Shown one piece after another: positions 25,901 through 40,613 of a DNA stretch of 64,000 nt. Source of the DNA: Raillietiella orientalis (Eukaryota); NCBI GenBank assembly GCA_036172245.1, contig JAYWIR010000030.1, positions 1,426,001 to 1,490,000 of the forward strand, read 5' to 3'. Position 1 is the first letter of the stretch; every line of letters begins with the position of its first letter. A program made the translations under genes and the position numbers. The notes beneath the pieces are model-generated. The model was not told the DNA's origin. It ran no database searches and saw only the letters and a program-made list of their open reading frames with translations.

Positions 25901-28900
25901 TCATACAATAAAAATCGGGTGGAAAATTTCTGGAAATGCTTTGTGTAACATCGGCAAATTTCTTCGATGGTTCCTGGAAGTTTTCGTGATGGACGTTCAC
26001 AAAATCATCTCGTTCAGGATAAGGGTATACATCGCGCGTAGTCTCCCCACATTTTTCTAAAAAAAAAGAGAAAACCTTGCTGACACCGTTTTGCGAGTGC
26101 ACTTGGAAAAGAAAAAAGAGAGAAGGAGAAGGTGCAAATATCCACCACATAAATGCTGAGATGTTGCTCTCGTTCGCTGGTCGCGCTGCAGGAGACGCAC
26201 GATGACAACCACAGGCCAGACGAAGCGTTTGTGCGACCTCCAAAAATGCATGGAAGACATCTGCCTGCCTCCAGGAAAAGACGAGCATGGAAAGGAGCGC
26301 ACGGACACACACAGAGAGAGAGAGACGGAGAAAAACATGAGCGGAAAGAGAACGAACACGCCATTCTCTTAGTCTTAGAGCTTCCAAGAGTGTTAAGCGC
26401 GAAGAGCGAGGTAACAACAACAGAGAGAGTTGATCAATCGACCTCGGACCGCCACGGTGCGTCCAGCGCTCCGATGTAGCGGAAGAGAAATATGCACGAC
26501 CGGTGTTGGAGCTCACCTGCAAAGAAACCTCCGAGGTGACAACGTTCCGGTGGTCAAGCCGAAAGTCATTCGATGACGGGAAGGGGGGGATCGCCGGACG
26601 GGAAACGGAGATTTTGGCGAAGAAAAGCAGCCGGGAGAAGGACCGGGAGCTTGTTCGGAAAACGAGAACGAATCCGAGACACAAAAGCCAAGGGAACAGG
26701 AAAAGCACGAGAAAAAAAGAAAAAAGAAACCTCCAAGGGATCCAGGAATAACGGTGAATGGATGATGAAGAGAGAAGCCGCCGGCAAGGCTGTCCAAGAG
26801 AATGAAGAGTCGAGAGAAAGTGAAAAGGAATGGTACAGAAGGCAGTTGCCATCTGAAGCAGAGACATGGAGAAGGGAGTTCTATAAGTCACTGGGAAACC
26901 TCCATGCTTCCCAAATACCGAGCTTGCAGTCAGAGAGTTCCGAGGAAGAACCACAGGAGTGAACGGTGCAAGGCCGAGTTTCTCATCTCAGGATCAGAGA
27001 TCTCAAAAGAAATCTTTCGCTGTGCAGAAGCTGACCACATCAACTTCGATGAAGTGTTCAAAGAACGCTCCTCAAAAGATGCAATCCACTAAGTTCCCGA
27101 AAGTCCAGGGCTCCCGCTCCGGCACCCCACCGCCGGAGGGGAATGTTTGCCGAATCCACGCATATATCATTGTCAGTCTGCTGCTAGTTGTCCAAAGTCA
27201 AGGAAACGAGGAATTCCCAGTGCCACGGGAAAAAAGGGTCAACTAAAGTAATCCGCAACGAAGCCAAGAAGAGAAGCAAATTTCGGATGAAAATGAATGA
27301 ATACGTAAGAAGCGCTGTTCGAGAAAACAACGAATCCGCTGAGAACGGGTCTGGTTCAAAAACCCGGAAGGTCGTGAAAAATAAACAGAGATGCTTATTC
27401 CTCACAGATTAATGTACAAATTTATTTTACTATGCATAGTTATTCGTATTTATCAACAGCCATACTACTGGAACAGATACATTGATTCAGCACGTGATTC
27501 CACATTTTATCAATAAAATTAATAAGCTGCGGATCATATTGTTGAAATTATAATTGTTATTCCAAATTATAAAAAATAAATTACATATATTCATATAAAT
27601 ATATTGATACACATATTTCTATATACATGAGTGTGCGTACTTATATTTATTTATATATGTGTGTGTACATATTTATTATTCCAGATGACAATTTCTGCAA
27701 CTGACGAGCTGAAGAAACCAACAGCTTCTTGCGACAGATTAGTGGACGCTGAAACTGGAAGACTAGCGGACGCTGTGAACTGGTGAAGACTTTCGCTCCT
27801 CCTACGCTTGATCTTTTCTCCGGGAGTCAAACGCCAAGGAAACCGGTGGTGCCTTGCACACGAACCATTAGATGTGTAACGGAGATGAAACGCGGAGTAA
27901 CCAGGAACAAAGTCACACGACACAAAACTGAGACTTAAGAAGCGCACATTAAGGCAGGTCGGATTGAATGACCAGAAGCGTCAAGAAGGTTACACTGCCT
28001 GCAATTCAAACACAGTTCAGAGTAAACAAGAAGACCGCGAGGTGGAAAACCGATGGTTATCCCCTTTCATCAAGAATCCACTGCACGGAAACTTCAGCAG
28101 GAAGAATCCAAGGCTCGCCTGGTCAGCGCCGGAAGAAACCAAAGCAAAAACAAGTACAAAAGGTTGCTCCTTCATGCGAGAAGACAAGGCGATCGGTTGC
28201 TGCCGCTGCCAACAAGCGAGAAGCACATAAAACGAAGACGGATGATGGAAGTCTCCACAATGATCATCCACTTTTGGATGGTGCACAGATAGATGGAACA
28301 GAAAAAGGAGGCGGTGCCGCTCGAAATCCCGAAAGATCACGAAAAATAAGCACACGCGTTTCAATGTTTTCAAATTTGTTTTCACCATCTTCGAAATACG
28401 TATTTATCTATATATAAACATAGATATATGTTTATGTACAGATGAGCATATTGCTTATATGGAGAGATCAATATACATTTAAAAGATTATAAAATAAGTA
28501 CATATGCTTATCATGTATATCAACATATGTATTTAAATATAGATTAATATACAACTTTTGTTTTACAATGCATATTTACTAATATTTATTAACATACATA
28601 TTATTGATATAATTAATAACATCTATTAATACATATACTGAAGATTATAAAAAATGCATACATAAATGCTCATTATATATATTTATATACTTCCATATAT
28701 ATATATAATAAGCATTTACTAAAGGAATATATACATTAAAAAACAAAACGCAATAATGACAATGGAGAATAGTGGAAAAAAATAGAAAAGCAAACAGATG
28801 GAAAAAACAAAAAAGAAATTTGGCATTTGCTTCTCCTATCATCTCCAACACTCAACAAATGCTCAGCAAATGATGAATTCTATTCTCGGGATTTTGATCG

Positions 28901-31883
28901 TTTCATATGTGCCCATAATTCGACATTTATAAATTCATTTAATATACGATTATTATATACAAATACATATTAATGTACATAATCAACATACATGCTTCTT
29001 TTTCATAATTTTTAATATGCACATCAACACACATTACTAATCATATTAATAAATTGCATACTAATCTATACATGAATACATACATCAACACATGTAATAA
29101 ACACACATGCTTATTTAAAAAAATATAGTTATAATACATATATATAATAAACATATATATTTATTTTCTTACAATCTTTCGGGATTTCGGCTTTGGCGAC
29201 TTTCAACCAAACCCAAAAAGAACAAACCAGACGGGCTACCGTCTTCCTGGTTACAATGAGATCTGTGCTTGGAGTCTTCATCTGTTTTCCGGGATGGCCT
29301 TCACGCTGAATTTAGCCAAAAGGACCTACAGCTTCCCTCTGAATCGAGCTCTTTTTTTCATACCGTTTGATTCCGTAATGAAGGGATAAAGGGAAACAAC
29401 GATCACAGTTAATGCCTCCGATCCAACGTCAGCGAACATTTCCTACACATCGAAGAGCGCTTCATATGAACTGTTGAATGGAAGTCGGATTCTCAACTAG
29501 AAAAGGTCACCACATTCTTTGACCCGGTTTCCGACACAGGCTCAAAGAAGGTGTGAACTGGTTTCGGAAACCTCCTTCCAGAAAAGTCGCTCGCACATGC
29601 ACTCGTAAACCTGGAACCTTAAATAACAGCGTCTTTCCCGTTCGTTTCTGGCTGCCTGTGAAGACCTTCGACCTGTTTTACTGCAACTACGGTGGACATG
29701 GGCGCATCCCGAAGGGCACTAGTGTCCTTCCTCTTCGCTTCTTCACCGTTCGCCTTTCCCTTCCGAGTGCACGCTACGTGCTATCTGACACGATATCGTT
29801 TTTTCGCTTCTATTTTGCTCAGCCGGAACAACACCAAAGTTCGAACTGCGCCCGAAATTTCCTTCTGATGAAAGAAATCCGCTTCTCTCTCGAATTTCCG
29901 ACGATGACTTTCCCATTCGAGCAGAAGCAGCATGACCTGGAATCCTCAAAAGGAGAATCAAAACACCAAACGGTTGAGAAAAATCCTCGAAACCGTGACT
30001 ACACCCAACTCGAAAAAAGGAAAGGAGGATGAAAAAAATCCATTTCTTATAGAATGGCTTTTTCTTTCTTTCTTCCAGTTTCTCAAATAGAAAACAAACA
30101 AACAAAAAAAAGAACTTGAATTATTTTGAGTCGGAAGATGGTGGTATATCCTTTCTAGAAGAAAACCACTGCTCATGGAGCTAATAGAGAGCTATAGCTG
30201 CTGATCCAACCTCTATTGCAGATATCGAATGGCATGAATTTTTCCCTGTACAAAAAATGAAATCCTAAACTCCGCCTTGAAGCAATGCACCCGCACATGC
30301 CTGGGATGTATTCTTAGTGGAAGAGGTCATAAATCGGTCATAAATAATCGGCTACGAACGTTTCCGCGTGACGCCGCTCGCCGATCCTGCACAAAGGCAC
30401 AACAAAATCTACAATCATCCAGCATATACATAAGCTCGTAACGGAGATATCGATTCCCAGAGAACAACATCCACAACTTGAATTTCCCGGTATTTGGATA
30501 CAGCAGTGCTCGAACTTCTCACTTTGATTGACTGCTTGCAGTTCCAAACGTCCTTGCATTCGACCCGCCAGTTGGTCGCGACCTCTGCTTGGGAATTCTG
30601 TTCGTATGAACGTTACCAGAGAGGATGCTCAATCAGATGTCAGTTTTCCCTTTCATAGGGATGTCGCTATGTTTATTTAAGCAGGGTCCACTTCACTCGA
30701 TGAGTAACGATTGGATTCCATGCGAACTTCGGGTTAGGCCGCATGACTGATGGTACCAGGCACACTTTTGTGACGACCTGATGGTACTCACTGGTAGATC
30801 AAACTGGCCACCGTTTTTCGAGGAATAAAAAATCATCAAGTCATCCTTCGATGGCGCTTACATTTCTCAAGAAGACATCGAAGATGCAGGTGTCCGGGCG
30901 CGCAAGCGGCAGAGGACCCGAGTTCAGCTAACATCTTCATAGGGCATAAAGTAAGAACCCACTTGAAGCTTCAGCTTTTAAAAGTTTCGTTTAAAGCTTT
31001 CCTGGAAATTTATCAAAGCAAAATTTCCAGCTTCCAGGACTTCTGAAGATCTGTGGGTTCGCTCACGCACTGCAGAACCAGTTCGCACATGCGCGTGCAT
31101 ACAGAAAACGAGGCTGTGCTGCTGCTGTTGTAGCTAAGCGTGTGCGCAGCTAAGCGCATGTTATGCTGCGCGTCTTTGCATTTGCACGCAGAGCAAAGGC
31201 GCGCCCGCAACGGTAACCCTCGCAGTATCCATGAGACGCACAAACTTGTAAATGTACAAATTTCGTGTCGCGGCTGTCTGAGATCATCGGTTTTTCAGTA
31301 GGCAACGAACGAAAGATGAAAAGGGAAGAAGAGCATCATTCCATCATCATCTCGCAACCTTGCTCTACATTTGTGATGCTGATTTACTCTGAGAACAGTA
31401 GCTATTGCAACATGAAAAAAGATGCGAAAGCAATCAAAAGACACTCGTGTGCAGGTCCCGAACGATGCCACGACTGCTCGAGAGAGATAAACGATAGGAG
31501 ATGAAGATGACTCATGGGATCAAAGTGATCGACTTATTCAGGATGCAACGGAATTTTGCGAGCACTTAAACTTACCTGTGTAATCTGATGCCAACTGTAG
31601 TTTTTCTAACCCTAAGAGCCTTTTCCCAATAAAGGATGGCAGCTGGAAGGACTGTATCCTGCGAAGGGTATATACACCTCAGCAACGATCATATCTACTC
31701 ACATTTATTAGTGCTAATTTATCCTTGCTCAACCTGGAATGACCTCCACACAGTTACGTGAACCGCAGAGACATCACCACACCTGTATATGCTCTTATCG
31801 TAAAATACTTTGATCCGAAGGTGCTGATCAAAACTTCTCTTCTTCATAATATGATGAGGTTCCAAGTGCACACCAGCTACTAC
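19903..31883 (-). CDS. LMLN: Leishmanolysin-like peptidase / invadolysin (M8 zinc metalloprotease); N-terminal exon(s) not located
   Basis: Exons 31883-31783, 31733-31703, 31658-31576, 23743-23626, 22065-21887, 21798-21598, 21528-21303, 21091-20904, 20837-20705, 20648-20489, 20435-20266, 20214-20095, 20040-19903; all GT-AG and phase-compatible. Motifs: HLRIKVFYD, CGEVEVPEEHL, AAHCQQE..DRPVAGHAN, KHEILHALGFS, HWEKRVFENEAMTG, LALMEDTGWY, ADYCPY. Confidence 0.95.
26750..27260 (+). mobile_element. Possible pogo/Tigger-type transposase remnant
   Basis: Frameshifted fragments EWMMKREAAGKAV..W..F.K (CENP-B HTH-like), SQRVP, HINFDEV (NxDE-like) and KKGSTKVIR, in the expected order. Weak match, judged by eye. 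Confidence 0.3.
27350..27680. mobile_element. Truncated Ricksha-like MULE copy
   Basis: ggttcaaaaacccggaaggtcgtgaaaaataaac resembles the left terminus at 6077; followed by an AT-rich core. No right end found. Confidence 0.45.
28311..29214. mobile_element. Non-autonomous Ricksha-like MULE in the 7.8-kb LMLN intron
   Basis: Termini cgaaatcccgaaagatc and atctttcgggatttcg...ccaaaccc. Candidate 9-bp TSD aaaaaggag/aaaaagaac (7 of 9). Core homologous to the 6071 copy. Confidence 0.75.
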
Positions 31884-33702
31884 CTAAAGAATTAGATGAG
31901 CTCACTAATCATGACGTGGAAAGAACAGGCAACAAGTTCTTGTAGAACCTTTTTTGCTCAACACACCGGCACGAAGCTCAAAACTCAGTCGGCGCAGAGT
32001 AATCAGCTTCCAGTGAGTGTAGCTTGATGACAAAACTCATCATACTTCCGTTATAATAAGAAACTAAATATTGGTTAGATGCCACTACTGAAGACGATGA
32101 TCCTACGAATGCTTTATCGACTTGTTTTCGCACTGCGATAATTTCCAGCTCGAAAGCAGTGGGGAGATCTCCTCTGTGGGGAGAAGCGGAATGGTCGCCG
32201 TTGGGAATGCGTGGGGCGTAGGCAGATTAAAAGCATACGCTCCTTCGAAAGACAATCAGCGCCAAGTGGAAGAAACCTTTCCGTGGGATTTTGAACGCAA
32301 CGCCCTGGGACGCGAACCGAAATAAAACGAACATTTTCCGATGGAAATGATTGGTACTAAATGTAAGAGCAGACGGAGCTGATCCATTACCGGAGTTCAG
32401 TACAGAATTAATGACAGTCCAGCCGAACTGTTGCATTCATCCGAAACAGCCAGCCACCTGGACCCAAGTGTACCACCTGAGAAGGAAAACCCACAACTGC
32501 AATCGCACTGCGGATTCCGTAGAACACGTATCATAGAATCTCATGCAAACAACTGCTTCGGCTCGTGAGGAGTAGCAGCAGTGTTACCCACCTCCACCAC
32601 TTCGGGAACGAAAAATGAGGTGAGGGGCCACACCAACTTATCCTACAGAGCATTCTGGGCAAAATGAAAGCGAGAGTTTTCTGTTGTTGCTTGAATTCCA
32701 TTGAACAAACAGCACAGAGCATCACTCGAAACACATCCAAAAGAAGTATCCTGCCTGCAAACGGAAATTCAGGATGCTTGCAATTAGCGGTGTCAAAAAA
32801 AAAAAAAAAACCTTTGTGAAACTTTTTTTCTTGAGAATTCATCTGTAGAAGGAACTCATGTACAGGTACATAATGACCAAGCTGATAATAGGGCGAATGC
32901 ATTCAATCATCAGCTATTGCTTTTACAAAAAGGAGCATAAACGGCCAGTCACAGGCGTGACGATGAGCCAAAGACCGAAAAGTTGCTCCATCGGAAACCA
33001 AACAGGTCTTTCTCTGTGGAGTTGGAATCACTGATCGCCAAACCACCATTTATAATTGTAAGCCGCAAACGGCGAATCTTCCCTTACGACAACGAGCAAA
33101 TCTCAACGGATGCAAAGCCCAGTTGAAAACAGCCTGGCTCACCGCTCCTTTTCCGATCTCTGGCTTTCCAAGAGATCAGAGTCAGCGGGAAAGCCGATCT
33201 GAAAAGCCGAGGCATTCGAGATGGAAGGATGCGCCACGATTCGCGAGCTGCAACCTCTGCTTGAGAAAAAAGACGCTGGGTCGTATACACTGAGTGAAGG
33301 AAGATGATGCCCCCCCACGGAACGTCATGATGATGAGGAAATCACTCCAGCCATCCAAACACTTATTGTGTGCAGGAATCTGTTCGACCTTCTTCACGTG
33401 ACCCTCGCGAACCTGCGTTTTTTGTTTTTTTTCTTTCTTTCTTTCTCTCTGGACAAAGGCCAGTTCTGCATGCCGGGAGCAAATTTGCATTCGTTTTGGC
33501 ATCGCAAAATCGTGAAACTGAAGAAACGGATGTGCATCAGTTGCGGTCACAAAACAACGAAATTTCGCTCTTTCACATCAGCACGGTCGCACCTGCCGCT
33601 GCTGACTTCTGGCGTTCGTCTCGACGGGTTCCTCCGAATTCACATTTCCTTTTTTTTTTTTAAAAAAAAAAAAAAAGGTTCGCTTATCTTACCTTATTCC
33701 CA

Positions 33703-33720
33703 GCGCGCGCGCGCGCGCGC
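33703..33720. repeat. (GC)n dinucleotide run
   Basis: gcgcgcgcgcgcgcgcgc; a shorter run occurs near 22240. Confidence 0.85.
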
Positions 33721-34307
33721 ACACGCGAAACAGAATCTCCTGGACCGTAAAGTTCAAAGAATCAAAATAAACATGAGCAAGAAAAGGACAGCAGGTTTGA
33801 TGAAACCCGTAGCACTGCCCCCTGAAGCCTCACTTCAAATCTGAGAAGGTTCTGATCGATGACAAGATTTCTGATAAATAATAGACTGTCCTTTATTCAT
33901 TCGGTGATGGACGATTTACATTTCTGAAGGAAAAGGGGAGCCGAAGGTTATTATTTATTTACCACATTCGCCTTCATCCACTCACTACCTCTGTGAGTGG
34001 ATGGAATTCGGCAGAGAAATTAATACACGGTTCACTGCCGCGTTCCAAACTTCCTGTTGTACATACTTGTACACCGCTAAGATGATTTTGGAAACGGCTC
34101 TTCCAGCTCAACACCATCGATTTCTAGAACTATTTCCCAGTCAAGGCAACCTCTTCCAAAGGTTTCCAGTCATCTTTGCATAAAAGACATCAAAAATACA
34201 ACACTCTACTATTCTGATAGTATCGGTGGAATCGAACCCTTGGATTCTTCATCCGGGGATCAAAGGTTATGGATGCACCTCTATAAAAGCATCTGCACCT
34301 ACAGTAT

Positions 34308-34346
34308 TTCATAACGTAAGTTCATAACGTAAGTTCCTAACGTAAG
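34308..34346 (+). repeat. 13-bp tandem repeat x3
   Basis: ttcataacgtaag ttcataacgtaag ttcctaacgtaag. Confidence 0.85.
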
Positions 34347-37300
34347 TAGCATGAAATACGATTTTCTTGGAACATACTTTATACATGATTGAAAAAATAA
34401 AATAAAATAAAACAGTAGCAATCAGGAAAGTAACAAGAGCTGGACTGAAAAAGGAAGGAATAATGCAGTTTTTTTCTTCTTTCGCCTCCTCACTGATTTG
34501 TCTGCCTTAATACGTAAGGAGGGAAAGTCGATCTTCTTTTTGGTTCCCCTAAGCCAAGAACTGCGTGCGGTGGAGGTTGCATACCCTCAGCCTCGCTTGG
34601 AAATCAATTCATGGACGGAAAATGTCGATAGCGCCAGACCAGGAAAGCGTGCAGATAAAAAACAACACGAACACACAACATGAATAGCCTCGCTGTGTAT
34701 GAACAAAAACGCGCATCCAAGTAGAAATAAAAAAAAATGAAAAAGTGAAAAAAGCTGGCAGTCTTTATTGGCATGTTGGTTCTACTGGAATCCACTCTCG
34801 GCCCTCCGAAATCTGGAAAGTTCCTCCATCTTTTGACATTCAAGAACGGCGACGGCGGACGCATCAAATGCATGTTACGACCTGATAAGCACAGAAAGCG
34901 ACCAACACCACACTTTAGGGCTGTCGAAAGGTTGCAACCATCTCTCTCGTAGGATATGAGAGAAAAGGGCAGTCAAAAAAAAAAAAAAGCGCACATTCGC
35001 TCGCTGGACCGATAACCTCGAAGGTCCCCCCCCAACACTGCCACTGAGTTTCAACAGCCACTTTTCCAAGAAAGGTATAGGCTTGCGTTCCCATGCGCTG
35101 TCTTTTCCCTGGTTCGCCTTCCTCAGAGCACCGTACAGCAATGCTGAAAAAGCGATTTCCGAATAAGAAACGTTGATCCGAGACAGAAGTCCCGGATTTG
35201 TGGAATCGGTAGTGCTTCGTTCGGCCTATCCCGACAGATAGACCGAAGCTGCACGCATCAAAGGCATAATAGGCTGAACACACATTGGTTTACTGCATTC
35301 AACGACATCTGCGGGCTCCAAGCAGTTTCAATCGGCCGGAGGACGAACGAACCACATGGGAAACGAAACAACGATTTAACCACAAAGCTCCAGGAGCCAC
35401 TGAAGTGCTGGAGATTACCAACGTGTCTTTGCCACGCGATTTTGTCTCTGGGCGTCCCTTGGTCAACAGGAAGCCGCACATTTTTCGCGTCGTTCTCCTT
35501 GTCCCTCCAACTGGAGAGTGCGCCACCATAAGCACACCGCTGCCACAACTCGACTGAGAGTTGGCTCGTTAGCACCACTCCATCCTATACGAATTCCCGT
35601 GCATTCCGATGCACTTTCGTGTCTCATGAAAATGCATTTTTGTTGTTGTTGTTGCAGCATACCATTCGTTCTGTACCCCGAAACGTTTTATTCAGTAAGG
35701 GTTCAGAATATGTGGAAATCGCCGCTCACGGCTCCTGCAGACGGCACCGTGATCTTTCAAACGTTTGCAAAGCATCACAAACCACATGCAAACGAATTCA
35801 CACGGATACATGAAAAATGGCGAAGAATACACTTCCAGGGAAATCTCACCACACAATGCCTTAAGCAACCACTCCTCTGCATTTAACGGCTTTCTTCTGA
35901 CAGATTTTACAAATAGTTGTTAAAACACCACGTTGAAATTACAAGACTTCGTTTTAGTAACGTTTTTCACACGTTTCCCTGGCACCTGCATAGCTGCCAC
36001 AAAACATAGTCGCTCAACGAGAATGTTTTCAAATGTCTTCTCTGAGAAGGGAAAGGGAACTGCGAGTTCATTACAAAGGTGCCACTTTGCGGACAAGACA
36101 GGTAATTCATTGACTGCTTTGGGGGTACATTTGCAGTTTGACCTCAGTGCTCACGAAAGACTTTCTTGTCCTCTCCCATCTACTGCGTGGAAAGTATGAG
36201 GGAAATCAATCTGACCGTGTCTGCTTCATAAAATGCTGCTTCTGAGGTTCTGGGAATAACAAAATAAAAACAACAACCCCAAGCCATTTCAGAACTTCCG
36301 GTTTCTGGACCTCCTCGGACAGAACCGCAGCGCGAAATACCTTTTGGTCAGGAACCAAAAACATTCGGGAGGCAGCGCCGGTATCCGTAAAGTCTGCCGG
36401 TCAATACCATGAGGAATGAAAGTGTCAATACCACGAGGGGGAAATTTATGACCAAACACTCTTAAACTTGAAACAGATGACTTCGCATGACCAATTCAGT
36501 TGAACCCCGCGATCTTCAGAGTGCCCAAACTTGAAGCTTTCATTTAGCAAATTTATGCTCCAGTGTTTGTGCCGAATGACTCTTTTGCACAGATGGAATC
36601 CACCGCCTTCTTATGTGTCGCCGCCGAGAATTTTAATCCATCTTTAAATTTCAAACAACGGAAGTGCTGTCCTTCACTTGTTCGTGCCAAACACACCGTG
36701 TAACGAAGTGCACGTCTGCGGACACAACCGAACACACACCGACACAAAAGCAAACGCAGAGCGATCGTTGACTAAATGCACCAAGTGCGAAGAATCCCAG
36801 AAATCTCTTGCGACAGACCAATGTATCAAGAAACTGGGAAAAGATTCGTGCACCAGGGGACGGACCATCCTGGGCAAATACCCGCATCATCGACACTTCA
36901 CATGCAAACCAAAGGTTCGTGAAAGCTCCAGAAGTAAATAAGTGTGGTAGATGATTATGTAAAGGAAGTTCAGTTTCATATGGCTTTGTCTCGTATTTTT
37001 CATCTCGCTCATCTCTTTGATAAGTACTTCGTCGAAGCACAGTGGGGAAGGCATCCATTTCACTGAGCAATAAACACCACGCGTTCTGGAAGAATGGTAA
37101 AGAGGAAAGCCGATGACCGCAGAACAAAGCAAGAACGAACAGCAAACCAACTCCCACCCGGGAAACAAAAAAAAAAAAAAAAAAGACAGCAATCACACGC
37201 ATAATCAAACCAAAGGAAACCGACACACCAGCATACCACCAAACAGAATTCGAAAACACAGCGTGTAAGTCCTCCACGGCTACTGCGTTGACGACCAGCG

Positions 37301-40300
37301 AGGGTCCCGTTCCTCCCTGAGACCTCATCGAGGACGCTCTTGGGACAAATCCGGCGCCAACACTCGAAACGCGCGTGCTGCGCATGCGTCCGTCACCGAC
37401 GTCAATACACGTCAAACGGGGAACGACACGGCCGCCAAGAACGAAAATAGAGTGTGGATCAAAATTTACGTTCCGGTCCATCGAAAGCAAGAAGGCTTGC
37501 TGAGGTCACACAGGAAGAACAACACCGGCGGAAAGACAGGGATGAGGGGGAGAGGGCGAACTGCGTGCGCGCAGCGCTACGGGCAACGACCAAAACACGG
37601 GGAGGTCCCTTCTTCGGATCCATCGCACAAGCACACATGCCAAACAAGCAAAAAAAAAGAAGGAAAAGAAAAGGCTCTTATCAAGCACTCATGGGGTGAA
37701 CATTTACGGACATGCCCGCCATGTTCACGTTCCAAATGCACGATATGTGTAAAACGGCAGATAAACTACGCTGCGACTTTGTCCTACAAGACTGGGCTGC
37801 TGCCTTCATGAGGAAACAGAAAGAGGCAAGCAAACAGTTTACACACTGCAAGGATAATGTACTTGTGATAAAACTACTCAATTTCGAATTGCTATTCGGG
37901 CCAAGTAGGCCTACCCTGCATGGAATACACACACATACAGACACACATGGGTTGATGAAAAATGGTTTCCCAGCATTTGTAGTATTGATTCGCCAATATT
38001 CGACAACCTTCCCCCTATGAAATATTGCTTTCACCGAGTTTTCTTTCGAGAAATGAGCATCAGGTAACTTTTTCAGAATGCATAGCAAAACAAGTTATCA
38101 GTTATCAGCGAGATTACATTAACAAGATATGCTAACAAAGCTGCAACCACATTGCAGGTTCGCTGTTTTCACAAACTAATTTCATGCTTATGGTTATTTT
38201 CTATTCAAGAAGTCGCTTCATTCCAACAGGTTTGCTTTCTGTAAGGAACATTAGAACACAGTTGCAGTGTACCGATGATCGAACTCGTTAGCATTTGGGG
38301 GGGGGGGCACACCAAAACGGGAAATGAAACTCGACTAACCTCGTATGATTGTGAATTCTCTTGTCCCCAGTCAACCACTGAATTCACCATATTGAAACAA
38401 AATAAAAACGGAAAATAACATACACTTAACCACATTCTATGCTGCACACCAGAGAAAAGCCCGGCATAATCACACGCACTCTTGTCGCAATCCAACTAGC
38501 AGTGCCATCTGTTACGGAATCGTTTAATACGATTTATCTTTCGAAAAAGGATTGCCTACTTTTTTTCACCAGGAAAATTTTTCAAAATTGTCATTGGAAT
38601 GTAACATAGCAGGAGGATCGTCTGGGAAGAATCTTTGTATAAAACAAGCTGAACAAGGATAGGAAATGGTGGAATGTGCTCCATACCTGATTTTTCGTTT
38701 TGAATTCGTAAAGGAAGATGGAAATAAAATGCATATGAGTTTTGAAAGACAGAAGTGCTTTATAAAGCCTATTTATACAATTTCAGAAATAGTGTCATTT
38801 AATGAATACATCAGAAAAATGGGCAGAAAACATTATTTTCATAATTGAGCTTATCATTCTGTATTTTGATATGTCAAAGAAAAGACTCGTGAAGATATGT
38901 GCTATGATACAGAGTGCGGCAGCAGTTTTCAATGAACAGGTTTTCACTTCAAATAGCTGACAACAAGTTTAATGGTCATTAGATAAATAATTTTTTTTTA
39001 ATTTAGGGTCAGTTTTAGAACTAAACTATTCTCTGCTGTAGTTCAAGGTCTCTGTTCGAGCTGGAAACTCAAAACTCTTACAAACATAACCTGCATCGAT
39101 GCTTTCTTTACGTCCTTTACGTTTCTAGAAAACAAAAGCTTTGATGAGTATAAATATATTAGTGTCGTAATGTGAAACATTACATTTAAAAGCAAACAAA
39201 AAAAACAGTCAGTTTTTCAGGATTTCCTATTTTGAGCACACCAATGTTGCATATCGAAATCTTTCCTGTGACGAATCCAAACATGGGAACAAATGAAAGG
39301 AAAAGATTGCAAAACGAAAATTATATAAATGGTGTATGATGTTTCCTTCCCTTTTCAATCATTCAAGTTCAAGGAACTGCTACCAGCGTAGGCATCCATT
39401 TCGATTGCATGATCTAAATACATTGAACCATTTTTATTTCAAAATAACAGGAGGTTATTTGAATTCCTCGCTTGCCGAGTGATTTTAGAGGTCCTGAAAC
39501 TGAAATTGTAAGCCAAATCAATTCCTCCTCATCACTAGAATTTTAGAAATTTTTTGTCTTTGCCCTCTTAAATCACCCCAGTTTGTTTCCTTTAAAATTT
39601 AGCATATAAGACCGTACAGAGATAGAGAAATACAATGCTTACATCCAGCATCCCAAGGAAACATATGGGGGGGGGGGGATAGAAAGCGCTCTTGCTAAAT
39701 GTCCTTTGAAGTGTTGAGTAGACAGTGCTGACGTTGTTTCCAATATCTGAAGAGGAACAAAGACTGCATCATCAAAAGCAAAAATAGAGTCCCGATGCAC
39801 AATTCCAATCAGATTTTCGCGTTTTGATCAATAAGAAAACTCTCAACATATATGCTTGGCATATGGAGCATCAGTCTGCAGGGTTCCCATTCACATGTAT
39901 TGAAAACTGAGGGATCAGAAAATCCGATAGCTGAAAAAAAAGAACAAAACGAAGTTTGCTTTCAGTGTTTACATTAGTTATTCAATGTGGCGATTTCCGT
40001 GAACAAAATGGCCTTGTGTTTATTGCTTTTCTGACGTGATAAGTTCTTGTGATAGCACTCTCATTTTGTTTTCCTTTTTTATCACGTTTGTAAAAGTAGG
40101 CGTGCCCCGCGGTGTCATAAAGTGAGACAACAAAATCGCAAAGCACTAACAAATGATTTTGCTTTACGAGTCTTTGGCAACGAGCGAGGTGAAGACTTTA
40201 CAAAATAGAAAACCTCTCCGTTTGTTCGTGAAGGATTGAAAGACGTCAGCGAAAAGAGTTTGAAGTTGGCAGCAAGTCTTTCCCGTTCCTTCTAGAGACT

Positions 40301-40613
40301 TGAGGAGAAGCTGCGATTACCAACTACAAAAAAAGGAAGCAATTCAGAATAGTAGCATACTAAAGTGAGAAGCCCGCAAATATAAAAAAGACATTACGCG
40401 GGGAAACGAAGCCATAGCTGAAGAGAAGCAGGTGAAGAAGAGGTTCGCTGCTTTTCATTGCACATCCCTCATCGCCAGTTGAAGAGAGTGGCAACAAAAT
40501 AATCTCCCGCAAACAAATATTCCCATTTTCTTTGACCACAAAAAGCTGATACCTTGCGGTGAATCTAAAAGCGATTATGATTTTAAAAAATCCGAACAGA
40601 CCATTCTCAAAAG

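Noticed and set aside
25866..26954. 362-aa minus-strand ORF
   Set aside because: Low-complexity F/L/S-rich translation of purine-rich intronic sequence; no domain; lies in the LMLN intron.
36651..37490. 279-aa minus-strand ORF
   Set aside because: Crosses a poly-A tract and CA-rich sequence; no recognisable motif. Could hide an LMLN 5' exon, but none could be joined in phase.
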